A DNA stretch of 64,000 bases from Macrostomum hystrix (GCA_950097015.1 CATNEN010000038.1:25606001-25670000); one strand, 5' to 3'. Shown: positions 1 through 11,845, counted from the stretch's first letter. The notes: a model not told the origin generated them from the letters alone. Made by a program: numbers and translations.

Positions 1-100
1 GACTCCGGCTGGCAGGTCACATCATCCGCGCCGAGTCCTGCGCTGCCCAAAGCCGGTGCAGGAGGTGCTGCTGCTCACACTGCAGGCACCCACTCCGGTG
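1..100 (+). mobile_element. 3' fragment of a non-LTR retrotransposon ORF2 C-terminus (RTE-like)
   Basis: Reads LRLAGHIIRAES...PVQEVLLLTLQAP across a frameshift. The R(L/W)AGH motif is typical of LINE RT C-termini. Homologous to 47731-47930. Confidence 0.6.
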
Positions 101-864
101 TTTTCTTACAGCCGTTAAATTAAATCAATAGGAATGAAGACAATTGTAGTTCCTGCTTTGAAAGCTTGATAATTTATTTGAGATACCAGTAAATGTAAAA
201 TTAAAATGTAAAAAAGAGCATAACAATGAACTTGGTAATCGAATAAAACTAGCAGCCAAGTAGAAGTAGTAAAACTTATCCGAAATATATATGCTCGCCA
301 ATTATAATATTGGTATTCAATACTTCTGTATTTTTTAATGGCTAAAAAAAGTGCGACAAGAGCTTTTTCTAAACTAAATGTTCATGGAAACTGATATGAA
401 GTATCATAGGACAGTGCGGGCCAGTATAACCAGTCGGAAATATTTGTTTAAGTGCAGGATGAGAACCTTGCAGTTATCAAATGTGCCACGTACCACGTAG
501 TTATTTAAAACGCTAGTTAGAAAATAAGATTGAGTGAATATGATAGTAATGCAAAGCAAAGGATAATATCGATTCGGATGATAATTAGATTGATTTGGTT
601 ATAACGATGTGTTATGTTATTCCGCTTGAAAAGTTAGTTTCAAATCTGTGTAGTATGTTAGCAGATAAACAAAAGAGAATGAATTCTGAAAATTTTGTCG
701 AAGCGTTAAAAATATTGACAGTTTTGGTTAGTCAGGTAGTACGAGAAGTAGTAAGGCTGCAAATTAAACGAAAACTGGAAGTCGACATCGAAAGTAAAAA
801 ACTAGGAAATTCAAAGTAGTCTGCCACAAACCGCAAGTGTTATGCTCTGTGGGTAGCTGACAGC

Positions 865-3108
865 TCAGATGTACATCATCAGCTTGAGAAAGTTGTCCTG
901 CTTCATAGCCTCCTTGGTCTTGATCATGGCTTCGTAGGTTGTAAAGGCGGTCCTCATTCGCACCGCCAGCAGGATGAAGTCCTCGAAGCACACGCTGCCC
1001 TTTACAGGGTCGGTATAGCGCATAGCAACCGTTTCAAACACCTTGTTGCAGAGATTGTATCCGGCTGCCTTCAGGGCGTCGCGCAGCTCAAAGGAGTCAA
1101 AAGAACCGTTGCAGTCTGCGTCCTTCTCTTTGAAAATGGTCTTCAGGAGGCGGATCTGGTTCCACAGCATCTTAAATTCGTCAAACTCCATGTAGCCAGA
1201 CATGTTCAGATCCATAAGGGCGAGCATGCTGCGACAGGCTTCAGCGCTGAAGCCGGTGAAATCTTTCACCTCGCGACCGAACGACCGGTTGAGAATCTGC
1301 TGCAGCTGGAAGGCGTGAATGCGACCTGCCCCGCCAGAGAAACCATGAAAAGCCTGGCGCAGAGGCTCCTCGTTCTCCGCGGTGCTGACAGGCGCTGTGA
1401 TTGCCGACCTCACCTCCTCCATCTTGTTCTCCGTGTCCAGCACGCTAGACAGGTTGGGCTTCTCTGAGAAGATGCGCAGTATGAACCTAGCCTCTTCATT
1501 CGGATTGAACGTCGATGGTATGATCGCGTAGTGTCCCGGGGGCAGTTTGTGCCGACCGCTGACTTCTCTCTGGTTGACGAAAGCAGACTTGTCTGTCTGA
1601 CGATTGTAACGGAAGAATTTCTGATCCAATGGACCGTCACTCTGCTCCCGTAGCTGATAAATGGCGTAACCAATAGTAAAGTACTCGCCACCGACTGTTA
1701 GTTTTCGCACATCCTTCTGCATCAGGCCGACAATTATAGTGCCAAGGTTCTCGTCGTCCGAATCGTCTGGGTCAACAATCTCTACGCGGAACTGCTGGTT
1801 CGTGTGAAAGCTGTCGATAAAGTTTCTGCAGCCGCCGGCGCTCACGTTTCGCTTCCACTCGCCCTTCTCCAGGCACATTTCCCAACGGCGTTTCTTGGCA
1901 GCTGCGCCAGTTAAGCTGCTGGACATGGACTCTGGACTGAGATGGCAGATCTCTAGCTTAGTGAACTCTTGCACAAAGTCCATGTAGGCCATCCAGAACT
2001 CCCCGTCGTCACCTGCGTCCATTTGTAGTCGCGCCTTCTCATCCGCACTGACATCGTTCCACTTGGAACTGCGATCGCTCCAGTCGCCCTTCCACTCGCA
2101 CTCGTTGCCCCACGGGTTGCGAACTCGCACCAGAGCCTCTTCCTGGCCGTTTTTCAGCTTGCAGTTGCGCACATCGGTCACTGAATAGGCGTGCCCGGTG
2201 ATCAAACCGTTGTCCAGATGGCCCTCAATCTGTTCGCTCTCGATACTGCAGCCCATCAGAGACTCGCTCTTGTTAGCCTGGAACATAACGTTGAACAGGT
2301 CGGCTGGCGCCTTGTTCAAATCGAAGTTCTCACATAAACCACCGGTGAAATCCTCCATAGCTTCTGACTGGCTTCCGCCAGCGAGAGCCTCATAGCTGCC
2401 GTTGACCTTAGCATAGGCCTTCTCAAGTAGAGCCGACCAGAACTCATTGCGGTCCTGGCTGCGCATAAAGCACAAACGACCTGACTTTGTGGGAAGCCTG
2501 TCATCGATTACCACCTCCTTCCAGCGGCCAAAGTGCCAGAACCGGAAGCGGAACATGCCGCAGTAGCCGGAACCGAAGTCCTGATCATGTGGCACTACCC
2601 GCTCAAACAGTGTCCGATGCATCGAAAGAGAAGCAATTGAAGCCAGAAGCCAGCAGTCACCAAGTTCGCCCTGCTTAACGTCGAACCGGCTAACGCCATC
2701 GCTAATGAACATCGGCGACTGGCAGATTTCCTTTGGACGCTTCCACACGTACTTATCATTAGGCCGGTTAGGAAACAAGCTGCGACCATTAGCTGGGAAA
2801 TCTGGATCTTCGTACAACTCTTTAGCTTGCACGTGCTTCCTTCTTAGCTCTTCAAAGTTGATCTTGGTTACGATAGCGCTCTGCTGGCTGTTAGCGGAGG
2901 CGACTAACGCACGAGGCGACTTGTTGGAGGACCCAGATGAAGGAGTTACCGAAACGGCCGGCTTCGACGTCGCGTGTTGCCGAGCCTGCGACTGAGCCTG
3001 CAGCTGTTGCTGCGGCCGCTCCTGCTGAGCTGCTGGTTTCTGGGTGGCCGCTGCCTTGGAATCACCTTCCGTGTTTAGGTACTCGCGCACAATTTGAACA
3101 CGCGACAT
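865..3108 (-). CDS. Classical calpain (CysPc, C2-like and penta-EF domains), single exon, 747 aa
   Basis: Catalytic triad motifs QGELGDCWLLAS, GHAYSVT and RNPWG. Domain III GGCRN...IIPSTF. EF hands DLNMSGYMEFDEF and DADCNGSFDSFEL. Confidence 0.97.
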   Translation of the reverse strand: MSRVQIVREYLNTEGDSKAAATQKPAAQQERPQQQLQAQSQARQHATSKPAVSVTPSSGSSNKSPRALVASANSQQSAIVTKINFEELRRKHVQAKELYEDPDFPANGRSLFPNRPNDKYVWKRPKEICQSPMFISDGVSRFDVKQGELGDCWLLASIASLSMHRTLFERVVPHDQDFGSGYCGMFRFRFWHFGRWKEVVIDDRLPTKSGRLCFMRSQDRNEFWSALLEKAYAKVNGSYEALAGGSQSEAMEDFTGGLCENFDLNKAPADLFNVMFQANKSESLMGCSIESEQIEGHLDNGLITGHAYSVTDVRNCKLKNGQEEALVRVRNPWGNECEWKGDWSDRSSKWNDVSADEKARLQMDAGDDGEFWMAYMDFVQEFTKLEICHLSPESMSSSLTGAAAKKRRWEMCLEKGEWKRNVSAGGCRNFIDSFHTNQQFRVEIVDPDDSDDENLGTIIVGLMQKDVRKLTVGGEYFTIGYAIYQLREQSDGPLDQKFFRYNRQTDKSAFVNQREVSGRHKLPPGHYAIIPSTFNPNEEARFILRIFSEKPNLSSVLDTENKMEEVRSAITAPVSTAENEEPLRQAFHGFSGGAGRIHAFQLQQILNRSFGREVKDFTGFSAEACRSMLALMDLNMSGYMEFDEFKMLWNQIRLLKTIFKEKDADCNGSFDSFELRDALKAAGYNLCNKVFETVAMRYTDPVKGSVCFEDFILLAVRMRTAFTTYEAMIKTKEAMKQDNFLKLMMYI

Positions 3109-3832
3109 TTCTTATCCTTCGTTACCTTTCGAGCAAGTGTATCAGATTCGGAGTGGGCTCCCTCGAGTCCACCCCTCAGTTTCTATCAAATTTATAGCCC
3201 GTGAGCCATGCCAAATTTCAAATGGGCTAAACGAATGCCATAACGCTATTGAGAAAATACTCCAGGGCGCAGCATGAAAAGCTTCGCAGCCCATTGTTCT
3301 GGACTGTCTTTTGCTTCGACCCTCAACGTCTGTCCCAATAAAATACTCGTATAAGCGCCTAACACTATCTTGCAGTCACAAAACAATGTACATTTCGCGA
3401 CTGTGGGTCGCGTTTACTCTCGTTTTGTTAATGCTTAATTGTCTATTGTTTGGCAATGGCATCAAGTGGTAATAAAGGCATCTATGTGCCGCGGCTTGCA
3501 GCTGCATGTATTTAATCAGAACAAATGCATCTTTTAAATTAAAAAATTACCTCTGCTATCAACCTGGATGGAAAAGTTGCTTTTATCGTTAAAAAATATT
3601 TTAACTAGACGCTTCAATTAACTTAAAACCTTATAGACTACTTAGTAATAATTTATTCAGATTCCTGATGGAAAGTTAAATTAAAAACGATGTTAAGACA
3701 TTAACTCTCATTGAATGTTAAGGTTATTTTATTTTAGTATTTAGTATAATATTCCGAAACACCAATTAAAGTCCCAACTGCAGCGGAAAAAGCGCATACA
3801 TTTTTGCCGAGATTGCTTGCAACTCAAGGTTT

Positions 3833-6800
3833 CTAGGCAAATTGCCGCTTCTTGTCACCGTAGATCGAGCCAGAAGGGTAAGAGCCAAAGTTTTCAGCTG
3901 TGTAGGATCCATAGCTAGTTGGAAACGATCCGTAGCTATCGTAGCCGAAAGAACCAAAGCTTTCAGAAGGATATGATCCATAGCTATCGTAGCCGAACGA
4001 ACCAAAGCTTTCAGAAGTAAAAGATCCGTTGTCGAAGCTTCCCTTAAAGTAGCCCGGGAACGAGGAGCCATAGTTCCTCTTCTTGAACGAACTGCCGGCA
4101 TCAAAGTAGGAAGGGTTGCCGCTGCTGTAGTACGACGGAAGGCTGTCAAAGCCGCTGCTGTAGTACGACGGAAGGCTGTCGAAGCTGCTGCTGTAGTACG
4201 ACGGACGGCTGTCGAAACTGCTGCTGTAGTAAGATGGAAGGCTGTCGAAACTGCTGCTGTAGTTCGACGGACGGCTGTCGAAACTACTGCTGTAGTACGA
4301 CGGACGGCTGTAAAAACTGCTGCTGTAGTACGACGGACGGCTGTAGAAACTGCTGCTGTAGTACGACGGAAGGCTGCTCTTGAAGTAGCTACTCGGGAAC
4401 GAGGAGCCATAGTTCCTCTTCTTGAACGAACTGCCGGCATCAAAGTAGGAAGGGTTGCCGCTGCTGTAGTACGACGGAAGGCTGTCAAAGCCGCTGCTGT
4501 AGTACGACGGAAGGCTGTCGAAGCTGCTGCTGTAGTACGACGGACGGCTGTCTAAACTGCTGCTGTAGTACGATGGACGGCTGTCGAAACTGCTGCTGTA
4601 GTTCGACGGAAGGCTGCTCTTGAAGTAGCTACTCGGGAACGAGGAGCCATAGTTCCTCTTCTTGAACGAACTGCCGGAATCAAAGTAGGAAGGGTTGCCG
4701 CTGCTGTAGTACGACGGAAGGCTGTCAAAGCCGCTGCTGTAGTACGACGGAAGGCTGTCAAAGCCGCTGCTGTAGTACGACGGACGGCTGTCAAAGCCGC
4801 TGCTGTAGTACGACGGACGGCTGTCGAAGCTGCTGCTGTAGTACGACGGACGGCTGTCAAAGCCGCTGCTGTAGTACGACGGACGGCTGTCGAAACTGCT
4901 GCTGTAGTACGACGGACGGCTGTCGAAACTGCTGCTGTAGTACGACGGACGGCTGTCGAAACTGCTGCTGTAGTACGACGGACGGCTGTCGAAACTGCTG
5001 CTGTAGTACGACGGAAGGCTGCTCTTGAAGTAGCTACTCGGGAACGAGGAGCCATAGTTCCTCTTCTTGAACGAACTGCCGGCATCAAAGTAGGAACGGT
5101 TGCCGCTGCTGTAGTACGACGGAAGGCTGTCAAAGCCGCTGCTGTAGTACGACGGAAGGCTGTCGAAGCTGCTACTGTAGTACGACGGACGGCTGTCGAA
5201 ACTGCTGCTGTAGTACGATGGACGGCTGTCGAAACTGCTGCTGTAGTTCGACGGAAGGCTGCTCTTGAAGTAGCTACTCGGGAACGAGGAGCCATAGTTC
5301 CTCTTCTTGAACGAACTGCCGGCATCAAAGTAGGAAGGGTTGCCGCTGCTGTAGTACGACGGAAGGCTGTCAAAGCCGCTGCTGTAGTACGACGGAAGGC
5401 TGTCAAAGCCGCTGCTGTAGTACGACGGACGGCTGTCGAAGCTGCTGCTGTAGTACGACGGACTGCTGTCGAAGCTGCTGCTGTAGTACGACGGACGGCT
5501 GTCGAAACTGCTGCTGTAGTACGACGGAAGGCTGCTCTTGAAGTAGCTACTCGGGAACGAGGAGCCATAGTTCCTCTTCTTGAACGAACTGCCGGCATCA
5601 AAGTAGGAAGGGTTGCCGCTGCTGTAGTACGAGGGAAGGCTGTCAAAGCCGCTGCTGTAGTACGACGGAAGGCTGTCGAAGCTGCTACTGTAGTACGACG
5701 GACGGCTGTCGAAACTGCTGCTGTAGTACGATGGACGGCTGTCGAAACTGCTGCTGTAGTTCGACGGAAGGCTGCTCTTGAAGTAGCTACTCGGGAACGA
5801 GGAGCCATAGTTCCTCTTCTTGAACGAACTGCCGGCATCAAAGTAGGAAGGGTTGCCGCTGCTGTAGTACGACGGAAGGCTGTCAAAGCCGCTGCTGTAG
5901 TACGACGGAAGGCTGTCAAAGCCGCTGCTGTAGTACGACGGACGGCTGTCGAAGCTGCTGCTGTAGTACGACGGACTGCTGTCGAAGCTGCTGCTGTAGT
6001 ACGACGGACGGCTGTCGAAACTGCTGCTGTAGTACGACGGACGGCTGCTCTTGAAGTAGCTACTCGGGAACGAGGAGCCATAGTTCCTCTTCTTGAACGA
6101 ACTGCCGGAATCAAAGTAGGAAGGGTTGCCGCTGCTGTAGTACGACGGAAGGCTGTCGAAACTGCTGCTGTAGTACGACGGACGGCTGTCGAAACTGCTG
6201 CTGTAGTACGACGGACGGCTGTCGAAACTGCTGCTGTAGTACGACGGAAGGCTGCTCTTGAAGTAGCTACTCGGGAACGAGGAGCCATAGTTCCTCTTCT
6301 TGAACGAACTGCCGGCATCAAAGTAGGAAGGGTTGCCGCTGCTGTAGTACGACGGAAGGCTGTCAAAGCCGCTGCTGTAGTACGACGGAAGGCTGTCAAA
6401 GCCGCTGCTGTAGTACGACGGAAGGCTGTCGAAGCTGCTGCTGTAGTACGACGGACTGCTGTCGAAGCTGCTGCTGTAGTACGACGGACGGCTGTCGAAA
6501 CTGCTGCTGTAGTACGACGGACGGCTGCTCTTGAAGTAGCTACTCGGGAACGAGGAGCCATAGTTCCTCTTCTTGAACGAACTGCCGGCATCAAAGTAGG
6601 AAGGGTTGCCGCTGCTGTAGTACGACGGAAGGCTGTCAAAGCCGCTGCTGTAGTACGACGGAAGGCTGTCAAAGCCGCTGCTGTAGTACGACGGACGGCT
6701 GTCGAAGCTGCTGCTGTAGTACGACGGACTGCTGTCGAAGCTGCTGCTGTAGTACGACGGACGGCTGTCGAAACTGCTGCTGTAGTACGACGGAAGGCTG

Positions 6801-7219
6801 CTCTTGAAGTAGCTACTCGGGAACGAGGAGCCATAGTTCCTCTTCTTGAACGAACTGCCGGAATCAAAGTAGGAAGGGTTGCCGCTGCTGTAGTACGACG
6901 GAAGGCTGTCGAAACTGCTGCTGTAGTACGACGGACGGCTGTCGAAACTGCTGCTGTAGTACGGGTAGCCCTTGCTGGAGCTGCTCTGGTAGGATGGATA
7001 GCTAGTTGCGGAGTTGTAGCCCCCACCGAGCGAAGAAGACCCGGGCGCATAGCGCCTAGCAATTAGTGGTTTCTATAATAAAATAATTTGATTGAAGTCT
7101 GTTTTTTTTAAGGTGAGACAAGTGAGAAATATCTTAAAGGCACATGTTTTCAGTCTTACCGCATCGGCGATGGCCGAAACCAGAAGCAACAGGACTGTTA
7201 TTAGGCAATGAATGCGCAT
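3833..7219 (-). CDS. Secreted Ser/Tyr-rich repeat polyprotein, join(7219..7160,7072..3833), about 1099 aa
   Basis: Exon 1 is the signal peptide MRIHCLITVLLLLVSAIADA, followed by a GTAAG donor, an 87-nt intron and a TATTATAG acceptor in phase 0. Exon 2 is 3240 nt and open: KPLIARRYAPG...(SSSFDSRPSYY)n...FKKRNYGSSFP...DKKRQFA*. TATAAA at 7321-7326 and AATAAA near 3730. Confidence 0.88.
4060..6965. repeat. Coding 33-bp tandem unit within higher-order modules of 108+33n bp
   Basis: Unit gctgctgtagtacgacgga(c/a)ggctgtcgaaact. Spacing between the 11 KKR-encoding blocks is 207, 240, 273, 339 or 405 bp. Confidence 0.95.
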
Positions 7220-7881
7220 GTTGCTTCAGTTCAGATTTGTTTCAAATGGCTTCGATTAGGCAAGTAACGCTGAATAACCAGCAGTTTGTTAATTGTCTGA
7301 TTGATTTGGTTTGCTTCAATTTTATATCCTCAGCCTGTGATTGCACAGCTGCGTGAGGCGCCATTCTAAAATGGATTTTTTGCTGAAGTTGCTTCTCCAT
7401 TCAATTATTTCAATTAGCACCTTGAGAAATAAAATGCATAGCTCCAATTGAGGTGCGCTTAATCAGCAGCAAATCAGCTCTTCGACTAATTGATTTCGCA
7501 GCAAGTGTCATTTAGAGTTTGTTTGCTAAGCAATCATCAAGTACACGCGCCTGCTTCTGTAAGCAACTTTTTCCAAGGCATTTTTATTGAATTTTCCACA
7601 AAACCACAGAACAAAGTTTGGGACACCTGTCATGAAGCAAATAAGGCTATTATTTGCACTTGAAAAACTTCTGTTTTGGGAAGTATTGTTAGCTACTAAT
7701 ATTTAATTTATTATTCGCTCCATTCCCAGCTGTATTTGTTGTACGAAGCAATGAATTTAGCCTTCATTTGGATAGATTAAAAGGACATGATGTCTGTCTA
7801 TAAGTGAAAAAAACCTTTGAACTATGATTGCGGCTGTGTTTACATGTTTTTTATCATGTCTCAAGCTAATGTCTCACTCAA

Positions 7882-8155
7882 ATCACCTACAGTTTCATGA
7901 GGCTCTCATCTGTCGGAGGTCAGTCTTATCACCTACAGTTTCATGAGGCTCTCATCTGTCGGAGGTCAGTCTTATCACCTACAGTTTCATGAGGCTCTCA
8001 TCTGTGGGAGGTCAGTCTTATCACCTACAGTTTCATGAGGCTCTCATCTGTGGGAGGTCAGTCTTATCACCTACAGTTTCATGAGGCTCTCATCTGTCGG
8101 AGGTCAGTCTTATCACCTACAGTTTCATGAGGCTCTCACCTCTCACCTGTCGGAG
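7882..8155. repeat. 46-bp tandem repeat, about 6 copies
   Basis: Unit atcacctacagtttcatgaggctctcatctgtcggaggtcagtctt. Confidence 0.95.
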
Positions 8156-8437
8156 GTGTGATAAAAGGAGGACTTAAGGGGTGATAAACAAGTCCATAAC
8201 AAATAATGACCAGGTGCCAATTCAGGTGCTATTTACAGAAGTCCTCGATTTAACATTGCAATCGGCAAATTTATCCCCGAGAAAATTGTGGAACAATAAA
8301 TGTTTGTTTAAAGACAGAGTGCGTATTCTCAGAAACTCATTTGCAATGCTTAACACTAAAGTCGCAACTGAAGCATTCAAAACGCATTATATTTTCCATG
8401 TATATATACAAATAATATTAGGTATTCGATCGAACTA

Positions 8438-8858
8438 CCCTGTAAAAAATTCGGCTGCTTCTTCGGCGGGTTTTTTGTGCAAAATAGGAGTGGAATCTAC
8501 CAAAATCCCCCCTATCTCACAAGAGTTAAAGAAACCACACAGGAAGCAGCCGATGTAACCGTAAATTGTGCGGAAACCGCCGAAGAATCACCCGAACCAG
8601 TGGCCTATGGGACAACCAGAGAATTCTTTACGGGCGATTCCCTCGGCGGTTTCTGAGCATGGAATATTCCAAACTGGAGGATTCTTTGGGTGATTCCATT
8701 TCGCCACCAAGTAGCACCGAGAAAACGCCCAGTTGGGTAGATTCTAAGCATGGAATCATCCGATTGGTATGTTTCCAGCGTTCGGCTGTTTCTTTTTCTG
8801 GAAACACCGCAGATTCCAACTGGAATCACCCAAAGAAACATCCCTATTTTTTAGCGGG
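8438..8858. mobile_element. Putative non-autonomous DNA transposon (MITE)
   Basis: Imperfect terminal inverted repeats CCCTGTAAAAAAT / ATTTTTTAGCGGG, flanked by TA on both sides. The interior is more GC-rich than the flanks. Confidence 0.45.
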
Positions 8859-9112
8859 TAATCACTAAAGCAATAATTACATAAGCTAGGGTAAGCAATT
8901 GAACTGTTCAATTCTAATTAGCATTGGTAGGCAAAAACATATTAGTAATTTCTACAAATCAAGGCGCAAGATCTAAAGGGCAGGCACATTGAAAGACACT
9001 CACTATTGTAACTTAAGTCTAATTTTCAGATTGAAAAAAGTAATAAGCATTTCTAAAATTAAGAAAGCGGCAGACAAGTAACCGTATTGGATGAGTTTCT
9101 TCTTGGCTAACA

Positions 9113-10015
9113 AATTGGTTGGTTGAACCTCCCATTGGTTAACGAGTTGATTGGTTGAACCTCCCATTGGTTAACGAGTTGATTGGTTGAACCTCCCATT
9201 GGTTAACGAGTTGATTGGTTGAACCTCCCATTGGTTAACGAGTTGATTGGTTGAACCTCCCATTGGTTAACGAGTTGATTGGTTGAACCTCCCATTGGTT
9301 AACGAGTTGATTGGTTGAACCTCCCATTGGTTAACGAGTTGATTGGTTGAACCTCCCATTGGTTAACGAGTTGATTGGTTGAACCTCCCATTGGTTAACG
9401 AGTTGATTGGTTGAACCTCCCATTGGTTAACGAGTTGATTGGTTGAACCTCCCATTGGTTAACGAGTTGATTGGTTGAACCTCCCATTGGTTAACGAGTT
9501 GATTGATTGAAACTCCCAATGGTTAACGAGTTGATTGGTTGAACGTCCCATTAGTTAACGATTTGATTGGTTCAACATCCCATTGGTTAAAGATTTGATT
9601 GGTTGAACCTCCCATTGGTTAAAGATTTGATTGGTTGAACCTCCCATTGGTTAAAGATTTGATTGGTTCAACCTCCCATTAGTTAACGAGTTGATTGGTT
9701 CAACCTCCCATTGGTTAAAGATTTGATTGGTTGAACCGCCCATTGGTTAACGAGTTGATCGGTTTAACCTCCCATTGGTTAAAGATTTGATTGGTTGAAT
9801 CTCCCATTGGTTAAAGATTTGATTGGTTCAACCTCCCATCAGTTAACGAGTTGATTGGTTCAACCTCCCATTGGTTAAAGATTTGATTGGTTGAACCTCC
9901 CATTGGTTAACGAGTTGATCGGTTTAACCTCCCATTGGTTAAAGATTTGATTGGTTGAATCTCCCATTGGTTAACGATTTGGTTAACAATTTAATTGGTT
10001 GAATCTCCTAATTGG
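9113..10015. repeat. 32-bp minisatellite, about 28 copies
   Basis: Unit ttggttgaacctcccattggttaacgagttga. Homogeneous on the left, degenerate on the right. Confidence 0.95.
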
Positions 10016-10431
10016 CTAAAGGGAATTACCAGATGGCTTTAAAGCAGGTAATTCACAGCCAACGGCGTATATATAATAATTATTATTATTACTATTATAT
10101 CACTTTAGAAAGGTTCAGAAAATCGATTCAAATTGGCTTAAATTCACTTTTATTATATACGAATATGGCAATAGTTTTATTACTGGTTACTGTCGCATAA
10201 CTAAGGAGGAGTAAAATCTCAGAAAATTAATTTTTTCAAGAACCTACATAAGGATGAGAATAGTTGTATTACGATTTTTTCCTAAAATAATATGTCAGTG
10301 GTCATCCCTGAAAAACAAACTACTTTGTATAAAAACAACCACGCGACAAAGCCATGAAAAATAAGTTTGGCAATAGTTCTTGAAAATTAACCATGGAAAA
10401 ACTAATACAATTTAGTAAGAGCAATTTAGCA

Positions 10432-11094
10432 TTAAGCATCGGCCATAATCTCCAACAGGAATAATATTATCCGTCCAATCTGCACAAACAACTGATAGAG
10501 AAATGACCCGGCAGTTTCTGAGTCGTTCTCAGTTCGACTGTGAGACTGTCCAGACTGGTACTTGCTGTCAAACTTATCGGAACTGCTCAACTTGGCCTGC
10601 ATGTCCAGCTCATCTCTTATCCTACTGTAGTCGTCCAATAAGGCGTCGTGTCTATACAATTCCAGCGCAAAGCTGGTATTTTCGCAGCACTGCGGAGAGG
10701 CGTAAATCATTGCCGATATGGGGGCAAGAACATCGTCAGGGACAAACACCAGGTCCAATGATAAGTTTTCACTTTTCAGCTCGTATTCCTTCAGACTGGG
10801 ATCTTTGCCAAAGCCGGACACGTATAGATCCGCGTCTCCTTGCAGAGAGTGCAGCACTAGCAACAATGGCGGCTTCTGATCAAATCTCACTAGACTGAAC
10901 TGGCCGCTATCAAGGTGCCCAGTGTATCGCTTCACTAATCGACCAGTAGATAGAAGATATTGGACAAAGCCCTCTGTCATAATGTGGGTAGTTGCTACGC
11001 GATCAACTCCGCAAGTTAGTAGACTGAGAATCAGGGCTGGCAATAGTAAGGCTAGTAGTGAAGACATTGGTTGGCGAGCTGTGAGGCGAGACAT
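10432..11094 (-). CDS. C6orf120: UPF0669 / C6orf120-like protein, 220 aa
   Basis: N-terminal signal-like hydrophobic stretch, LHSLQGDADLYVS...P...YELKS motif, and a C-terminal hydrophobic tail (ILFLLEIM). Confidence 0.8.
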   Translation of the reverse strand: MSRLTARQPMSSLLALLLPALILSLLTCGVDRVATTHIMTEGFVQYLLSTGRLVKRYTGHLDSGQFSLVRFDQKPPLLLVLHSLQGDADLYVSGFGKDPSLKEYELKSENLSLDLVFVPDDVLAPISAMIYASPQCCENTSFALELYRHDALLDDYSRIRDELDMQAKLSSSDKFDSKYQSGQSHSRTENDSETAGSFLYQLFVQIGRIILFLLEIMADA

Positions 11095-11429
11095 GTCATA
11101 AATTTATTTAGCACCTTGGCTTGAAGCCACCTCGTTAAATTTCACCGTCAGGTATTAAATTAGTTTCGTCAGTTGGATATTGTCCAAGTTTGTACTTCTC
11201 GGCACTGCGGGACAGAGGAAATGCTTCTTTGTAGTGGCAGTAATTTTTTAAATTTACAATTAGAAACGATGACAAACATTTTTTAATACCTAATGACTAG
11301 ACGTGGCTTCTTATCCGCAAAAACATACCTAGTCAAATCGACAAAGAACGTATTAAGCAACGTATTAACGAAACAACTTCTCACAAGTACTCTCTCCCTA
11401 GCACTGATATTTGCTTGCATCCTGTGCAA

Positions 11430-11845
11430 CTAGCTGTCAAAGCACTGCTTTTTTAACTCATTCACAGAATCTTCCGGTGAAGAGAAGACCTGGTCCTCAA
11501 GAATCTGTATGCACTTTGGGAATAGAAATGAGTCGCATGGTGGCGGGACTGGACTGTACGATGTGTGAGTCATCAGTTGGACACCACCATCGGCTAGAAA
11601 CTCGAGGGTCTTTGAGCCGTCGTGTGAGCAATGGCATGGTCGTGGTGCAGAAACACCCTGCGCATTCGGCACCTCTGGCTGACATTAGAAAAAACTTAGG
11701 GCATGCAGACCGCAAAGACAATACAGGTACATTACATTTAAAGACTACACCCATCACTTTCTTATTGTCAGGCAGTTTACACTCTTTCTGTACCATGGGG
11801 TTTCCTTCTAAAGTCAAACCAAATGTGGCCTGGTGTGTTTGAAAC
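11430..11845 (-). mobile_element. Decayed mariner transposase relic
   Basis: Frameshifted motifs KKVMGVVF, FLHHDHAIAHT (like LHHDNAPAH) and HTSYSPVPPPCDSFLFPK (like HPPYSPDLAPCDFFLFPK). Confidence 0.75.

Noticed and set aside
3766-7062. 836-aa and 240-aa RRTTAA-repeat ORFs from the track
   Set aside because: Shadow frame: it is broken by a TAG at 4552 and does not join the signal-peptide exon. Unit variation is largely synonymous in the Ser/Tyr frame instead.
7882-8155. 46-bp repeat as a CRISPR array or tandem hammerhead (rc CAGATGAG...GAAAC)
   Set aside because: No unique spacers and a eukaryotic context. The core reads CAGAUGA rather than CUGAUGA and lacks the three-stem junction.
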